Positions 34,730-48,549 of a stretch of DNA of 64,000 nucleotides are shown here, in pieces. Origin of the DNA: Cetorhinus maximus (taxonomy: Eukaryota); assembly GCF_964194155.1 (NCBI RefSeq), contig NC_135901.1, forward strand, positions 27,466,001 to 27,530,000, read 5' to 3'. Below the pieces are notes generated by a model. The model did no database searches, was not told the origin of the DNA, and worked only from the letters and a program-made list of their open reading frames with translations. The translations under genes were made by a program, and so were the position numbers. Each line of letters begins with the position of its first letter. Within the stretch, counting starts at the first letter, position 1.

Positions 34730-36661
34730 CATGATGGGCCGAATGGCCTCCTTCTATGCTCTATGAGCCTCGTATACATTGAAAGGTAGGGGATCATCAC
34801 ATATTAAATGAAGCAGTGCCTCCTCTTCTCTGAATGTTTAGTTTAACACCTATATCTCCCCTTAACATTCTCTGAAGTGGCAGAAGGAATTTAATACAGA
34901 GAAGACTGAGGCGATGTGATTTAGCAGTGGGGATAGGGAGAGGAAATATAGATGTAAATAGAACAGTTCTAAAGAGTGAGCAGGGGGTTCATGTGCAGAG
35001 GTCATTGAAGGTGGCAGGACAGAGTGAGAGAGGAATTAGCAAAGCAAATGGGACCTTGAGCTTTAGAAATAGAGGGATTGAGAACAAAAGCAGGGAAGTT
35101 TTGCTGAACATTTATAAAGCTCTGGTTAGGCCACAACTAGAGTATTGAGTCCAGTTCTGGTCACCACACTTTAGGAAGGATGTGAGGGTCCCTGAGAGGG
35201 TGGAGAGAAGGTTTACCAGAATGGTTCCAGGGATGAGGGATTTTAACCACAAGGTTAGGTTGGAGAAGCTGGGGTTGTTCTCCTTGGAGCAAAGGAAGTT
35301 GAGGGGAGATTTGATAGAGGTGTACAAGATTATGACAGGTTTAGATAAGGTGGACAAAGAAAAGCTGTTCCCATTCACTGATGGTACAAGGATGAGGCGG
35401 ACACAGATTTAAAGTTTTGTACAGCAGATATATCTACATCACTATGGGTATATCCTCACTGTCGCTGGGTCAAATCCTGGAATTCCTCCCCAACAGCACT
35501 GTGGGCGTACCTACACCACATGGACTGCAGCGGTTCAAGAAAGCAGTTCACCACCACCTTCTCAAGGGCAATTGGGGATGGGCAATAAATGCTGGCCCAG
35601 CCAATGACACCCACACCCTATGAAAGAATGAAAATGTAAAGATATGGGGGGGATTTGAGGAGGAACGTTTTTACACAGTGAGTGGTGATGACCGGGAATT
35701 CGCTGTCTGCGAGGTGGGTGGAAGCACAGACAGTGAACGGTTTCGAAAGGAAATTGGATTGGCACTTGAGGGAAATAAATTTTCAGGGGGACAGGGATAG
35801 AACGAGGCCATGGGACTAACTGGTTTGCTCTGCAGTGAGCCGTCATGAACACGATGGGCTGAATGGACTCCTCTACTCTAATGACTCTGTGATCTAAAAA
35901 GAACAAATTCAGCTGCTCCAGTCTCTCCAACTAACTGAAGTCCCTCATCCCTGGTGCCATTCTCGTAAATCTCCTCTACACCCTCGTTAGAACTTCACAT
36001 CTTTCCTAAAGTGTGGGGCCCAGATATGGGGTTCCATTCTCGAGGGATAGAATTGAAAAGCAGGGAGGTTATGTTCAACTTTTTTTGAACCATGGTTAGA
36101 CTACACTGGGAGTACTGTCAACATCTGTGATCTCCATTTAGAAAAAGGAAATAGAGGCACTGGAGAAGGGGCAACAAAGATTCACAAGAATAGTACCAGA
36201 AATGAGAGCATTTAACCCTCAGGAAAGGCTGGGGCTGCTTTTCTCTAGAAAAGAGAAGACTGAAGGGTGACCTGATGGAAGTCTTTAAGATGATGAAGGG
36301 GTTCGATAATCCAATCGGGATTTCATGGGAAACCTCTTTACCCAGCGAGTGGTGAGAATGTGGGACTCGCTACCACAGGTTGAGGTGAAGAGCATGAATA
36401 CTTTTTAGGGGAAGCTAGATACATACATGAGGGAGAAGGGAATAGAAGGATATGCTGATGGGGGGAGATGAAGAGGGATTTGTGGAGGCTCATGTGGAGC
36501 ATAAATACTGACGTAGACCAATTGAGCCGACTGGCCTGGCCCTGTGCAGTAGACTCAATGGAACAGAGACAAATGTATTCATTTTAGATCTACCTGTAGT
36601 GGTAGGAAAAAACACTATTTGCTGTCCAGGATAAAATAAATGTACTTCACCAGCTTTTGTG
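34730..36661. repeat. Inverted segmental duplication of 19845-21800 (CR1 fragments plus ZNF 3'UTR end)
   Basis: Colinear reverse-complement identity, CR1 ORF2 motifs. Confidence 0.9.
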
Positions 36662-36960
36662 GAAGTTTTGCTCTGTGTGAAGCTCAATCTTCATTCACAC
36701 GAAGCCGGCTCTCTGATTGGCTGGAGGACCAGAGTCCTTCCGGTCCTCCAACTCTTCCCATTGGTCAATCCCTCAGCATGATGGGAAGGGCGGGCTCTCC
36801 CGAGTTCTCGGAGGATCTTCTCTCTCTCGCCGCAGCCGTCAGCCGGTTGCCTGGAAACCTTGGCTCGAGGAGGGGGAGGGGGAACAATGGTTGGGGGCGG
36901 GGCTCCCGTGTCCGCGCGCCTGGCCTGCGGTCTCTCTTCTCTCTCCATTGGTCAATCCCT
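36662..36960 (-). promoter_or_regulatory. ZNF-family promoter/exon 1 fused directly to the family 3'UTR
   Basis: CCAAT-ETS-CCAAT module; exon 1 joins 'cagcttttgtgga' 3'UTR sequence at ~36662. Confidence 0.7.
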
Positions 36961-37063
36961 GTTCGACCAGACGAGGTCGCGGAGCCCAAATTATTTCTGG
37001 GTCTGTCATAAACTTCATGAGATAATTTTACTCGTCCCATAGCACTGTAGCGATGTAACATAT

Positions 37064-37225
37064 NNNNNNNNNNNNNNNNNNNNNNNNNNNNNNNNNNNNN
37101 NNNNNNNNNNNNNNNNNNNNNNNNNNNNNNNNNNNNNNNNNNNNNNNNNNNNNNNNNNNNNNNNNNNNNNNNNNNNNNNNNNNNNNNNNNNNNNNNNNNN
37201 NNNNNNNNNNNNNNNNNNNNNNNNN
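37064..37225. other. Assembly gap (162 N)
   Basis: Run of n. Confidence 1.
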
Positions 37226-38022
37226 AAGCAACTAGAATTGTCTGTTCTGAATTTCTAGGTCTCGTGTTGTTGTCGGTCATGTCCACTTGCTCCCTGAATA
37301 AAATTCTCCCTCACTCCCCACACCACCATATCTCTAATAAGTCTGACATTATTGAATATTGCACACAATTTTAGTCCAGTAATATAGACAGATATATGGC
37401 GAGCAGCCTGCATGAAGATTTTAGGGTCCCTGTGTGCAGGACAGCAAGTGCTGAGCATGGATCTGTCGATCAGCATAAACCGGCACCTTCAGGACAATTG
37501 GGAGGGTGAATATCAGGTACACAGAGTGAGAACAGAGGGAGAGTGTGTGGGATGGAGATTTACAACTTCTGGGGAATGAGAAAGAAAATAATGTTCCAGA
37601 AAACTCAAATTGTCTGTTCTGAATTTCTACCCTACACTGAATTTTGTAAACTCCTTTTACAGGATATTAGAAGAGGGGAATTTACAGACAGAAATCTCAA
37701 ACCAAACATCACATCAGAATCTGACAAGTCACTCAATTCATCAAGACCTGAATATCATTGGTCTTTGAATATAGAAGGAGAAATGTTTCCCTGTTCTGTC
37801 CACATCAAAAGAATTTAAACATCAGTGTGACTTGAAAAGCATCGAGATGCAGACATCTGAGTGAGTGGGTTCCAGCGCACTAACTGCGGAAAGAGCTTTA
37901 ATCAGTTACACAGCCCAAAATAAATTGCACCATTCACAGCAGGGAGAGACTGTACACATGTTCTGTGTGTGGACGAGGCTTTGACTGATATTCAAACCTC
38001 AATAGTCACAAGGGCACCCACC

Positions 38023-38616
38023 ATGGAGAAACGGTGGAAATATGGGGACCGTGGGACAGGATTCAAAGCCCCGTCAGATCTGGAAACTCATCGACGCATA
38101 CACACCAGGGAGAGGCCGTTCACCTGCTTTGTGTGTTGAAAGGGATATATTAAGTCATCCAACCTGAAGCTACACCAGCGAGTTCACAGCGCAGAGAGGC
38201 CATACACCTGCTCCGTGTTTGGGAAGGGATTCATTGATTCATCCACACTGCAGAAACACCAGCGAGTTCACTCCAGGGAGAGGCCGTTCACCTGCTCTGA
38301 CTGTGGAAAGGGATTCACTCAGTCATCCCTGCTGCAGATACACCAGCGAGTTCACAATGGAGAGAAGCCATTCTGCTGCTCTGCATGTGGGAAGGGATTC
38401 ACTGATTCATCCAACTTGCAGAGACACAAGCAAGTTCACACCGGGGAGAAGCCATTCACCTGCTCTGAGTGTGGGAAGGGATTTACTCAGTCAGTACACC
38501 TGCAGACACACCAGCGAGTTCACACTGGGGAGAGGCCATTCACCTGCTCTGTGTGTGGGAAGGGATTCACTTGTTCATCGGAGCTGCTGAGACACCATGG
38601 CAGTCACACCAATTAG
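38023..38616 (+). pseudogene. C2H2 zinc-finger gene E (7 fingers; first finger mutated, TGA at 38137)
   Basis: MEKRWKYGDRGTGF start, TGA in finger 2, later fingers mostly intact; acceptor 37662|37663; further finger remnants at 38965-39078 after the Copia fragment. Confidence 0.85.
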
Positions 38617-38643
38617 AGATTTTTTAGATATTCTGATTATGGG

Positions 38644-38963
38644 TGTTAACTGTCTCTGTCTCTATTCAGGTTAAGTAGATATTGATTGGATATTTACATG
38701 AGTGTACATGAATAGAGACTTACTGACATAGTGTGGAGTCAGGAGGAATATACCTGTAATGTTTCACTCTGTGAATAAATCTATTCCAATATAATGATTG
38801 ACTCCACCCTAAGGCTGTCAGGATTAGAACATGGTAACAGAGAAAGCTGTTACTGAAGTTTGAAATTTATAGGAAAGTAAAATTTCAGACAGAAGCTTAC
38901 AATCCAAGTAGCTTTTGTGAGAAATGGCTGAAAGCAAGTGGAAATTCTCAGGGTCTGATTACT
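38644..38963 (+). mobile_element. Copia 5' LTR, PBS and gag start
   Basis: LTR TGTTAA...AACA 38644-38831, PBS TGGTAACAGAG 38832-38842, MAESKWKFSGSDY. Confidence 0.8.
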
Positions 38964-41544
38964 CATGGATGAGGCTGCAACTGATCATTGAATTCACAAT
39001 GAGGAGAGACTGTTCACCTGATCTGAGGTTGGGAAGGGATTCAGCCATTCATGCACCCGGCTGAGACACCAGCGAGTTTCTACCACTGCAGGTAGATCTA
39101 AAAGAAATACATTTGTCTCTGTTCCATTGAGTCTACAGCACAGGGCCAGGCCAGTCAGCTCAGTTGATCTATGTCAGTACTTCAGCTCCACATGAAACAT
39201 CACCCACCCCTCTTCATCTCCCCCACCCCCATCAGCATATTTGTCTATTCCTTTCTCCCTCATGTGTGTATCTAACTTCCCCTTAAATGTATTCAAGCAG
39301 CCCAGCCTTTCCTAAGGGTTAAATGCTCTCAGTTCTGATATTATTCTTGTGAATCTTTGTTGCCCCTTCTCCAGTGGCTCTATTTCCTCTTTCTAAAAGA
39401 GATCACAAATGTTGACAGTACTCCCAGCGTAGGCTAATCATGGTTCGGAGCAAGTTGAACATAACCTCCCTGCTTTTCAAATCTATCTTTCCCTCTAGAT
39501 TGGAACCCGATATCTGGGCCCCACACTTTAAGAAAGATGTGAAGTTCTTAGAGAGACTGGAGAGAGGATTTATGAGAATGGCACCAGGAATGAGGGGTTT
39601 AGTTAATGGAGTAACTGAAATTTCTCTCTGTAGATCACAGAGTCATTAGGGTAGGGAATGGGGCCATTCAGCCCATTGAGTTCATGCCGGCTCCCTGTAG
39701 AGCAAACCAGTCAATCCCATTGCCCTGTTCTATCCCCGTATCCCTGGAGGTTTATTTCTCTCAAGTGCCCATCCAATCTCGTTTCAAAAACATTCCATCA
39801 TCTCTGCTTCTACCACATTCATAGGAAGTGGGTTCCAGGTCATTACCACTCACTTTAACTGCACACGAGGCTCATAGAACACAGAAGGAGGCTATTTGGC
39901 CCATCTTGCCCATGCTGGCTCTTTGAAAGAGCTATCCAATTCATCCTATTGTCCTATAGTTTTATTTTTCTTTCAAGGATCTATCCTGTTCCCTTTTCAA
40001 AGATAGATTCAAATCTGCTCCTCGCACCATTTTCAGGCAGTGCATTCCACATCACAACAATTCGCTGTGTTTTCATACAAATAATTCAGGATATAACTGT
40101 GTTTTGATTTTCACAGAGTATTCAAAATGGCATCAAAGACATGGTTATTACACAAAATTAAAGCTCATCTTTATCAATGACTTTGATGAAGGGGCTGAGT
40201 TTAAATATCCAAGTATGCGGACAATTATAAATAAATTGCATTTCTATAGCACCTCTCATGACCACAGGACCTCCTAAAATGTTTTACAGTCAACAAAGAA
40301 CATTTGAAGTATAGTCACAGTTGTAATGTAGGAAACTGTACGTAGGCCTGGGTAATCAAATTTACTTTTAAAATTCAATCACTTTCATACCATATTCACT
40401 GTTATGAGTAACAAGGTCAAGGAAGCCATTTTAAACCCTAACATGTGGCTTGCTGCAGCCATTTCACATTCTGTAACTTTATTAACTATATATTGATTTC
40501 GTATTGAAAGGCAGTCATGAAACAAATGATTATTCAGTAATGAACCTTGCAATGTAAGAGATAATGACTTTGTAAAGGCTGGATCTTTATTTTAAAAATT
40601 AACACTGTATAAACCGAAACGTTTCTCGACACTACAGAGCTAGCAGTAATTGTTTAAACAAAGACATTCTTTTCTAATTTTGATAAGGACTTCATATTCT
40701 GTCAAAGTCCAGCTCAAGAATAAAGCTCATTTTTCAATATAATAAAAATCAGTAAGAAAGAAAGCTATTGTCTTCCACAAGCTGTCTTTTTGAACCAATA
40801 TATCTTGTATCAACCAAATGTGTTAATTCAAGATTACTGTATTAATTAGCTACCAGTCGGTAACAGATGATTAAGTAGTGAGCCTTAACCGAGTTACAAT
40901 TATTAATCAGTAATTATAGTAAAAGACTGAATTTCATTTTCTGTAAAAATGTAAACCCTTAATTGCTGTGTATGTAAAGAATGTGCAATGATGATAAATG
41001 TACCGGCAAGAGAGACCTTCAGGCTCTGATTAGCCTCAACATTTGAAATTGTATGAATGAGGGATTGTATAGAATCAGATAAAGGGATAGTATGAAACAG
41101 TTCTATTGTCTTCCTGTCTAAGATAATGAGAGAAGGTGGTGTAAGTAATTGGGGATCCAATTAAATTAATCTAGTAACCAAATTGACCAATTGTCATTTT
41201 ACAACTGGTCCAACTCTGATGTCAGGTCATGGTCACTTTGGGGATAAAAGTCGAGATTCTAAAGGTCTTCCTTGCTAGCCAAGTACTGAAGACTCCTGAG
41301 GTCGAGTACCAAGGAAATTACTGTCGAAGATGGAGCCAGACTCCTGAGGCCGAATTCCTCAAGAATTGCTGTCAAAGAAGGAGCCAGAGAGGGTTACACT
41401 TCTACAGACTGATCACTCACATGAAGTTGTAAAAGTCAATGTTTTGTCCGAACCATAAGTGAATTTATTAAATGGCAAGTTGGGGATGGCGGAAATCAGT
41501 TAAGTTACAAATAACAGGATTATGTAATATAAATGTAAAATTTA

Positions 41545-42000
41545 AAAATTTGCATTTATATAGTGTCTTCCATGACCACAATATATTCCAAAGTGCCTTA
41601 CAGCCAATGAAATACTTTTGAAGTGCAGTCACTGTTGTAATTTCGGAAATGCAGCAGCATTTACACACAGCAAGATCCCAAATACAGCAATGTGGCCAAG
41701 ACCAGATGATCTGTTTTTAGTGATGTTGATTGATAAATTTTCACTCAGACACTGGGGATAACTCTTCTTCAAAAGCTCTTCTTCAAAATAGTGGCTCCGG
41801 GAAGTTCTAAGTCCACCTGAAGCAGCAGACAGGGCCGTTGGGTTAAAGGACAGCAGTTCTGACAGTGCAGCACTCCCCCAGTGCTGGCACTCAGAAGTTT
41901 GGATGTGATATTTGTCCTCAGGCCCCTGGGCTGGGACTTGAAGCAACAACCTTCTGACCCAGAGGTGGGAGTGTGATCCACTGAGCCACGGCTGACACTC
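41545..42000 (-). mobile_element. tRNA-derived DeuSINE/SacSINE1-like SINE
   Basis: Homolog of 22115-22580; tail-only copy at 40232-40336. Confidence 0.75.
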
Positions 42001-42019
42001 TGGACAATACAACATTAGA

Positions 42020-43420
42020 AACAGAAAGTTACCCTTTAAAATCCTCCACCCTTTGCTTCCAGTGCTTAAATCTCATAATAAAAACCCCAGTATAAATAAC
42101 AAGTATTTGATAGATAAATGTTGAAGTGTTGGTTTAGAGACACAAGTTTTGAGTTACCATTTGAGCATCCAGCACCTTTCTGACTCTCTATTGCTCGTGT
42201 CAATGACAGCCAGGCGACGGAGCTGAGGGCTGAATTTAGCTGAGAATAACGGGGCCTGCACCCCAGTTGGGAAACTGCCATGGGCGTCGCACTGATAGAG
42301 AGACAGGAAGGTGCTGGAGGACTGACTGGGAAATGGGCCTCCAACCAATCGGGGCGCGGGAGGGGGTGACCCGACCCCCGGGGTTCAGTGCCCCTGTGTC
42401 CGAAGCAGGAGTCACGGGAATAGGGTACAGAGGAGCCGAACAGAAACCATTTAATAGAAACCATTTGGGTCCTGAACATTGTGCACATCCTTTTACTCTG
42501 GTTGTCTCTTATCCTCAAGTAATTTTCTGTTTTTTTTTTAACCATGTTCTGTTGCATTAATAAACTTTTTTTAGTAAAAAGATTTTATTCTGCTGGGCTT
42601 CTCATGATTAGATTTCTGCACTTTAGGGAAAGTGGGTGAGAGGGGTTGGCAGGCTCTTTAACAGAAAGTGAGTCCCTCTAAGGTAATTAGCAAAGGAGCC
42701 AGAGGGGGAGATGAGATTTTATTTTTGACACAGCGATGTTAGAAAATGGGGGTCAGGGAGTCAATTAACCCTTTATCCCTTTTCCCAAACTCTGAAATGA
42801 TTCACAGTGATAACCCTTATTGGTGACAGTGGTTAGATTTTATTCAGTATAAATAAGACCTGACACATGCTCATGTCTGAGCAGTAGTATCAAAGTGCAG
42901 CAGCATTACTATTACTCTGGGTAGATGCACCATCTCCACGTAAATGTTCCCTGGTCTGCCCCAGATGCCATGGCACCAGTCAATGCAATATGTAAAACCT
43001 CTACAAATCTCTGTGCTCGGGGAATCCTTTCTGATACTTTTTTACATCACAAAGTCGATGGAGACTGATTTAACCCAATCATTGCCGAGCTAACATTTGA
43101 ACGGACCAATTACAAAACCTGTCATTGAACCATCTGTACCCGCCCAAGCCACGTCAAACTCTCAAACAATTGGCTTCCCACGCTCCGTCCCCGGTACAGG
43201 GAGTCAGCATTCCCATGCCAAGCAGTGAAAACATGGTGGCCTTGACACCCAGGTGTCGTCTAGGATTCAATGCACTCTTGTTTTCTCTGTCCTCTGGGAG
43301 CTGTTCATCTCCCTGTTCCCACATAGCAAGTCGTCTGTTCTCAGCTCTGCCAGATTTCTGCTGAAGTTCGGCCCCTTTTACACCTTTCGGATCAATAAAA
43401 CAATCAGAGAATGAAGACCC
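42020..43420. repeat. Direct segmental duplication of 22600-23980
   Basis: Colinear high identity. Confidence 0.9.
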
Positions 43421-43689
43421 AAGTGTGGTTTTCTTTTAAAGAAGTTCAGAGGCAAAGGATACAAATTTCGCCAAGATACAGCGATTAACTTATTCATTTC
43501 ATCTTTCTTGCCTTTCACTAGAATGTAGGTGGAAACCAGATTGTTACATTCCACTGAACTACACCCACGGTGAGTTGTTACAATTTCTTTACTATCCAGT
43601 ACAATATTTTCCTCATATCTTCAAAACAGAAATCAAACATTCTCATTTGATTTCAGAGATTAACATAATTGATTTGCTCTTTATTGTAG

Positions 43690-44105
43690 ATGTCAGGCTG
43701 GGGTTGTTCTCCTTAGAGCACAGGAGGTTGAGGGGAGATTTGATAGACGTGTACAAGATTTTGACAGGTTTAGTTAAGGTGGATAAAGAAAAGCTGTTCC
43801 CATTTGCTGATGGTACAAGGACGGGGGGGACACACAGATTTAAGGTTTTGTGTAAGAGATGCAGGGGGGGTATGAGGAAGAACTGTTTTATGCAGCGAGT
43901 GGTAATGAGCTGGAACTCGTTGCCTGTGTGGGTGGTGCAAGCGGAGACGATGAATGAATTCAAATGGAAATTGGGTGGACACTTGAGGGAAGTAAACTTT
44001 CAGGGATATGGGGATAACCCGGGACAGTGGGATTAGTTTGCTCTACAGAGAGCCGGCATGGACCCGTTGGGCTGAATGGCCTCCTTCTCTGTCCTAATGG
44101 CTCTT
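43690..44105 (+). mobile_element. CR1 LINE 3' fragment
   Basis: LGLFSLEHRRLRGDLIDVYKIL...QRVVMSWNSLP, tail gggctgaatggcctccttct. Confidence 0.88.
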
Positions 44106-45063
44106 GATCTAAAGAGAACAATTTCAGCTGCTCCAGTCTCTCCAACCAACTGAAGTCCCTCATCCCTGGTGCCATTCTCGTAAATCTCCTCTGCTCCCTC
44201 TCTAAGAACTTCACATCTTTCCTAAAGTGTGGGGCCCAGATATAGGGTTCCATTTTAGAGGGATAGAATTGAATAGCAGGGAGGTTATGTTCAACTTGTT
44301 TCGAACCATGGTTAGACTACACTGGGAGTACTGTCAACATTTGTGATCTCCATTTAGAAAAGGAAATAGAGGCACTGGAGAAGGGGCAACAAAGATTCAC
44401 AAGAATAATCCCAGAACTGAGAGCATTTAACCCTCAGGAAAGGCTGGGGCTGCATTTCTCTAGAAAAAAGATTGAAGGGTGACCTGATCGAAGTCTTTAA
44501 GGTTATGAAGGGGATCAATAATCCAATAGGGATTTCATGAGAAACCTCTTTACCCAACGAGTGGTGTGAACGTGGAACTCACTACCACAGCGAGTGGTTG
44601 AGGTGAATAGCATGAATACATTTAAGGGGGAGCTGGATACATACATGAGGGAGAAAGGAATAGAAGGATATGCTGATGGGGGGAGATGAAGAGGGGTGGG
44701 TGGAGGCTCATGTGGAGCATAAATGTTGACAGAGACCAATTGAGCCACCTGGCCTGGCCCTGTGCTGTAGACTCAATGGAACAGAGACAAATGTATTTCT
44801 TTTAGATCTACCTGCAGTGGTAGGAAAAGGACAATTTACCATCCAGGATAAAACAAATGTGTTTCATCGCTGTTGCAGATCAATTCAATGGAAACGTGCA
44901 CTCCCAGGCTTAAAGATCATCACTGGAAGCAAAGTTGTGAGACCGGCCAGTCCAGCAGAAAGAAACCCTCTGACACTCCCACTTCACCAAGTGTCAGAAT
45001 GAACATGGTTCAGTCCTGGATGTGACTAACAGCAGCAATAACAGCAGAATCCAACCCCTGGAA

Positions 45064-45738
45064 TCACTTGTGAACTCGCTGGTGTCTCCGCAGGCTGGAT
45101 AAATGAACAAATCCCTTCCCACATACAGAGCAAGTGAATGGCCGCTCCCCAGTGTGAATTCTCTGGTGTTTCTGCAGATGGGATAACTGAGTGAATCCTT
45201 TCCCACACTCAGAGCAGATGAATGGCCTCTCCCCGGTATGAAGTCGCTGGTGTGTCAGCAGACTCGATGTGTCAGCGAATCCCTTCCCACACTCAGAGCA
45301 GGTGAACGGCCTTTCCCCACTGTGAAATCGCTGGTGTGTCTGCAGGCTGGATAACTGACTGAATTTGTTCCCACACACAGAACAGCTAAATGGCCTCTCT
45401 CCAGTGTGAATTCGCTGGTGTGTCAGTAGGTTGGGTGACTGAGTGAATCCCTTCCCACACTCAGAACACGTGAACGGCCTCTCCCCGGTCTGAACTCGCT
45501 GGTGTGTCCGCAGGTGGGATGACCCAGTGAATCCTTTCCCACACTCAGAGCAGGTGAATGGTCTCTCCCCGGTGTGAACCCGCTGGTGCTTCAGCAGGTG
45601 GGATGACCGAGTGAGTCCCTTCCCACATTCGGAGCAGGTGAAAGGCCTCTCCCCAGTGTGAATGCGATGATGAATTTCCAGTTCAGATGGGATTTGGTAG
45701 CGCTTCCCACAGTCTCCACATTGCCATGGTTTCTCCAT
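45064..45738 (-). CDS. C2H2 zinc-finger protein F, 8 fingers, apparently intact
   Basis: 224 aa = 8x28, [10 protein letters not shown]...HQRVHK-TGA, one H>Q in finger 3; donor 47030-47035, acceptor at 46095, family 3'UTR. Confidence 0.92.
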   Translation of the reverse strand: MEKPWQCGDCGKRYQIPSELEIHHRIHTGERPFTCSECGKGLTRSSHLLKHQRVHTGERPFTCSECGKGFTGSSHLRTHQRVQTGERPFTCSECGKGFTQSPNLLTHQRIHTGERPFSCSVCGNKFSQLSSLQTHQRFHSGERPFTCSECGKGFADTSSLLTHQRLHTGERPFICSECGKGFTQLSHLQKHQRIHTGERPFTCSVCGKGFVHLSSLRRHQRVHK

Positions 45739-47035
45739 AGTGTGGTTGTCCTTGTGAATCTCAAGGTTTGACCATCAGTTGAAGCCTCGAACTCACACGG
45801 AATACTTGGACAGTCTCTCTGCACTGTGATGTTTTTTCAGGCTGTTTAACTGGTTAAAGCTCTTTCCACAGTCAGTGCACTGGAACACTCTCACTGAGGT
45901 GTGTGTGTGTCTCGGTGCTTTTCCAGTCACAATAACGTTTAAAATGTTTTGAAGCAGACAGAACAGACAAACATTTCTCCTTCCAGATTCAAAGCTTAAG
46001 AGTATTCGCATTGTGATGAATCAAGCGACACTGTCAGATCATGACATGATGTTTGTTCTGAAATTTTTGTCTGAAAACTCTCTCCTTTTGATAGCCTGTA
46101 AAAAAGAGTTCGTAAAAATCAATACAGGATAAAATTTTGGAACTGAGAATTCTAGTTCATGTGGAACATTCTTTCTTCTGTCACTCCCCAAAAGGTGTGA
46201 ATCTTTGTCCCACACACTGTCCCTCCATTCTCACTCTGCTGTACCTTAAATTCCCAATTCTCCTGATTCATGCTGATCGATAGATCCATGCTCACCGCTT
46301 CCTCTCCAGGACACAGAGACCTGAAAATCTTCAAGCAGGTGGTCAACCATATATGTGTCTATTTTAAAGCATGAAAAATGTATCATATACTGCACTGTAT
46401 CACTTGCTTAAGATACAAGGGGAATGTGAATAGCAACTTTATTTACCTCCGAGTAGGACAAAGGCAGCAGATGCATGGGAACACCACCACCACTACTTGC
46501 AAGTTCCTCTCCAAGCCACTCACCATCCTGACTAGGAAATATATCAGCTGTTCCTTCACTGCTGCTAGGTCAAAATCCTGGAAATCCTTCCCTCACAGTA
46601 TGTTGGGTGTACCTGCACCACATGGACTGCAGCGGTTCAAGAAGGTCTCTCACCACCACCTTCTCAAAGGCAATTAGGGATGTGCATTTAAAATGTTGGC
46701 CTAACCAGTGACACTCAGACCCGGTGAAAGAACATAATGAAAATGTAGACAGCGCGCAGTCATGACCTGGAACTTGCTGCCTAAGGGGTGGTGGAAGCAG
46801 AGAAGATCAATAATTTAAAAGTGAAATTGGATGGACACTTGAAGGAAACTTCTGGGAGAGAGAATGGAGATATTGAGGGTGAAGGAGACCGATTGTTCTA
46901 CAGACTCGAGTTGCTGAATGGAGTCCTTCTGTGCCATAATGACTCCATGACTGGAAATATATACTTAGCTACAGCACCTTATTACAAGACTAGAAAAGAA
47001 ATGGAAAGGGGGAGAAAAGAAAGTGTTTTACTCAC

Positions 47036-47485
47036 AGATGTTGGACACAAGAGGAAGTTTTAGTCTGGGTGAAGCTCAATCTTCATTCACACAAAGCCCG
47101 CGCTCTGATTGGCTGGAGGACAAGAGTCCTTCCGGTCCACCAACTTCCCATTGGTCAATCCCTCAGCATGACGGGAAGGGGCGGGCTCTCTCCCGCACAT
47201 GCGTAGCTTCCCCTCTCTCGAGCTCTCCGAGAGGCTTCTCGCTCTGACCGGAGCCGGTTGCCTGGAAACCTTGGCTCGAGGAGGAGGGGGAGGGGGAGGG
47301 GGAGCAATGGGTGGGGGCGGGGCTCCCGCGTCCGCCAGCCTGGCCTGCAGACTGGAACCCGAGACATCACCGCGGGGCAGAGTGATTCCTATTGGCTGAT
47401 TCAGGCAGGGTTCCATTGTGGACGTCACAATGAGGAAGTTGGACAATGAGCTTCAGACGAAAACTTCCTCCTCTGGGCAACATCT
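47036..47485. promoter_or_regulatory. Bidirectional promoter between ZNF-F (-) and ZNF-G (+)
   Basis: Inverted paralog of 27272-27762; donors GTGAGT (-) and GTGAGG (+, 47486). Confidence 0.8.
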
Positions 47486-47812
47486 GTGAGGAAATCAATG
47501 TTTCGCCCTTTCCATTTCTTTTCTCAATCTGGGGGCAAATTGTTGACTTGCAGGAACTGAAGGGAAAGGAAGTGGTTCCAGGGAGGGTGCAGACTCTGGA
47601 AAGGTTGGCCCAGGTCTCTCTTTCTCTTAAAGACATTGTGACACCCAAGTGAGAGTGTTTCCAGTGCACTGACTCTGGAAAGAGCTTTAACCAGTTACAC
47701 AGCCTGAAAAAACATTGCACTATTCACAACGGGGAGAGACTGTACATGTTCTGTATGTAGATGAGGCTTCAACTGATTGCCAAAGTTGGAGAGACTCAAG
47801 GACACTCACAAC

Positions 47813-48402
47813 ATGGAGAAATCATGGAAATGTGCGGACTGTGGGAAAGCATTCAGATTCCCATGTCAGCTGGAAACCCATCGACGCAGTCACACGGGTG
47901 AGTGGCCATTCACCTGCTCGAAGTGCGGGCAGGGATTCACTCAGCGATGCAACCTGCTGAGACATCAGCGAGTTCACACGGGGGACAGGCCGTTCAACTG
48001 CTCTCAGTGTGGTGAGGGATTCAGTGATTTGCCCACCCTTCTGTACCACCAACAACTTCACACCAAGAAGAGGCCATTCACCTGCTCTGAGTGTGGGAAG
48101 GGATTCAATCGGTCAGCCCATCTACTAAGACACCAGTGGCTTCATACTGGGGAGAGGCCGTTCACCTGCTTGGAGTGTGGGAAGGGATTCATTCAGTCAT
48201 CCAACCTTCTGCGACACCAACAAGTCCACACTGGGGAGAAGCCGTTCACCTGCTCCGAGTGAGGAAGGGATTCACTCAGTTGTCCAGCCTGTTTACCCAC
48301 CGGCGACTTCACAGCGGGGAGAGGCCATTCCTCTGCCCCAATTGTGGGAAGGGATTCAATCGATTATCCAACCTGTGGAAGCACCAGCAAGTTCACAAGT
48401 GA
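47813..48402 (+). pseudogene. C2H2 zinc-finger gene G (7 fingers, frameshift in finger 6; splice acceptor deleted)
   Basis: MEKSWKCADCGKAF; 1-nt deletion at ~48261; HQQVHK-TGA end; intron joined to leader at ~47638. Could still encode a 5-finger protein. Confidence 0.75.
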
Positions 48403-48549
48403 TTACAGGGGTTGGATTCCGTTATTGCTGCTGTTAATCACATCCAGGACTGAACCATGTTCATTCTGGCAGATGGCAATGGAGGGTTTTTTTCTGGTGG
48501 ACTGTCTGTTCTCATGACTTTGCTTCCAGTGGGCTGATGCTCTGAGACT

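Noticed and set aside
36765-37286. ORFs spanning the N run
   Set aside because: Artefacts of the assembly gap
40337-41530. AT-rich insert partly duplicated at 55820-56100 with ORF MDPQLLTP...
   Set aside because: No recognisable domain or termini; probably an unclassified repeat that cannot be called by eye
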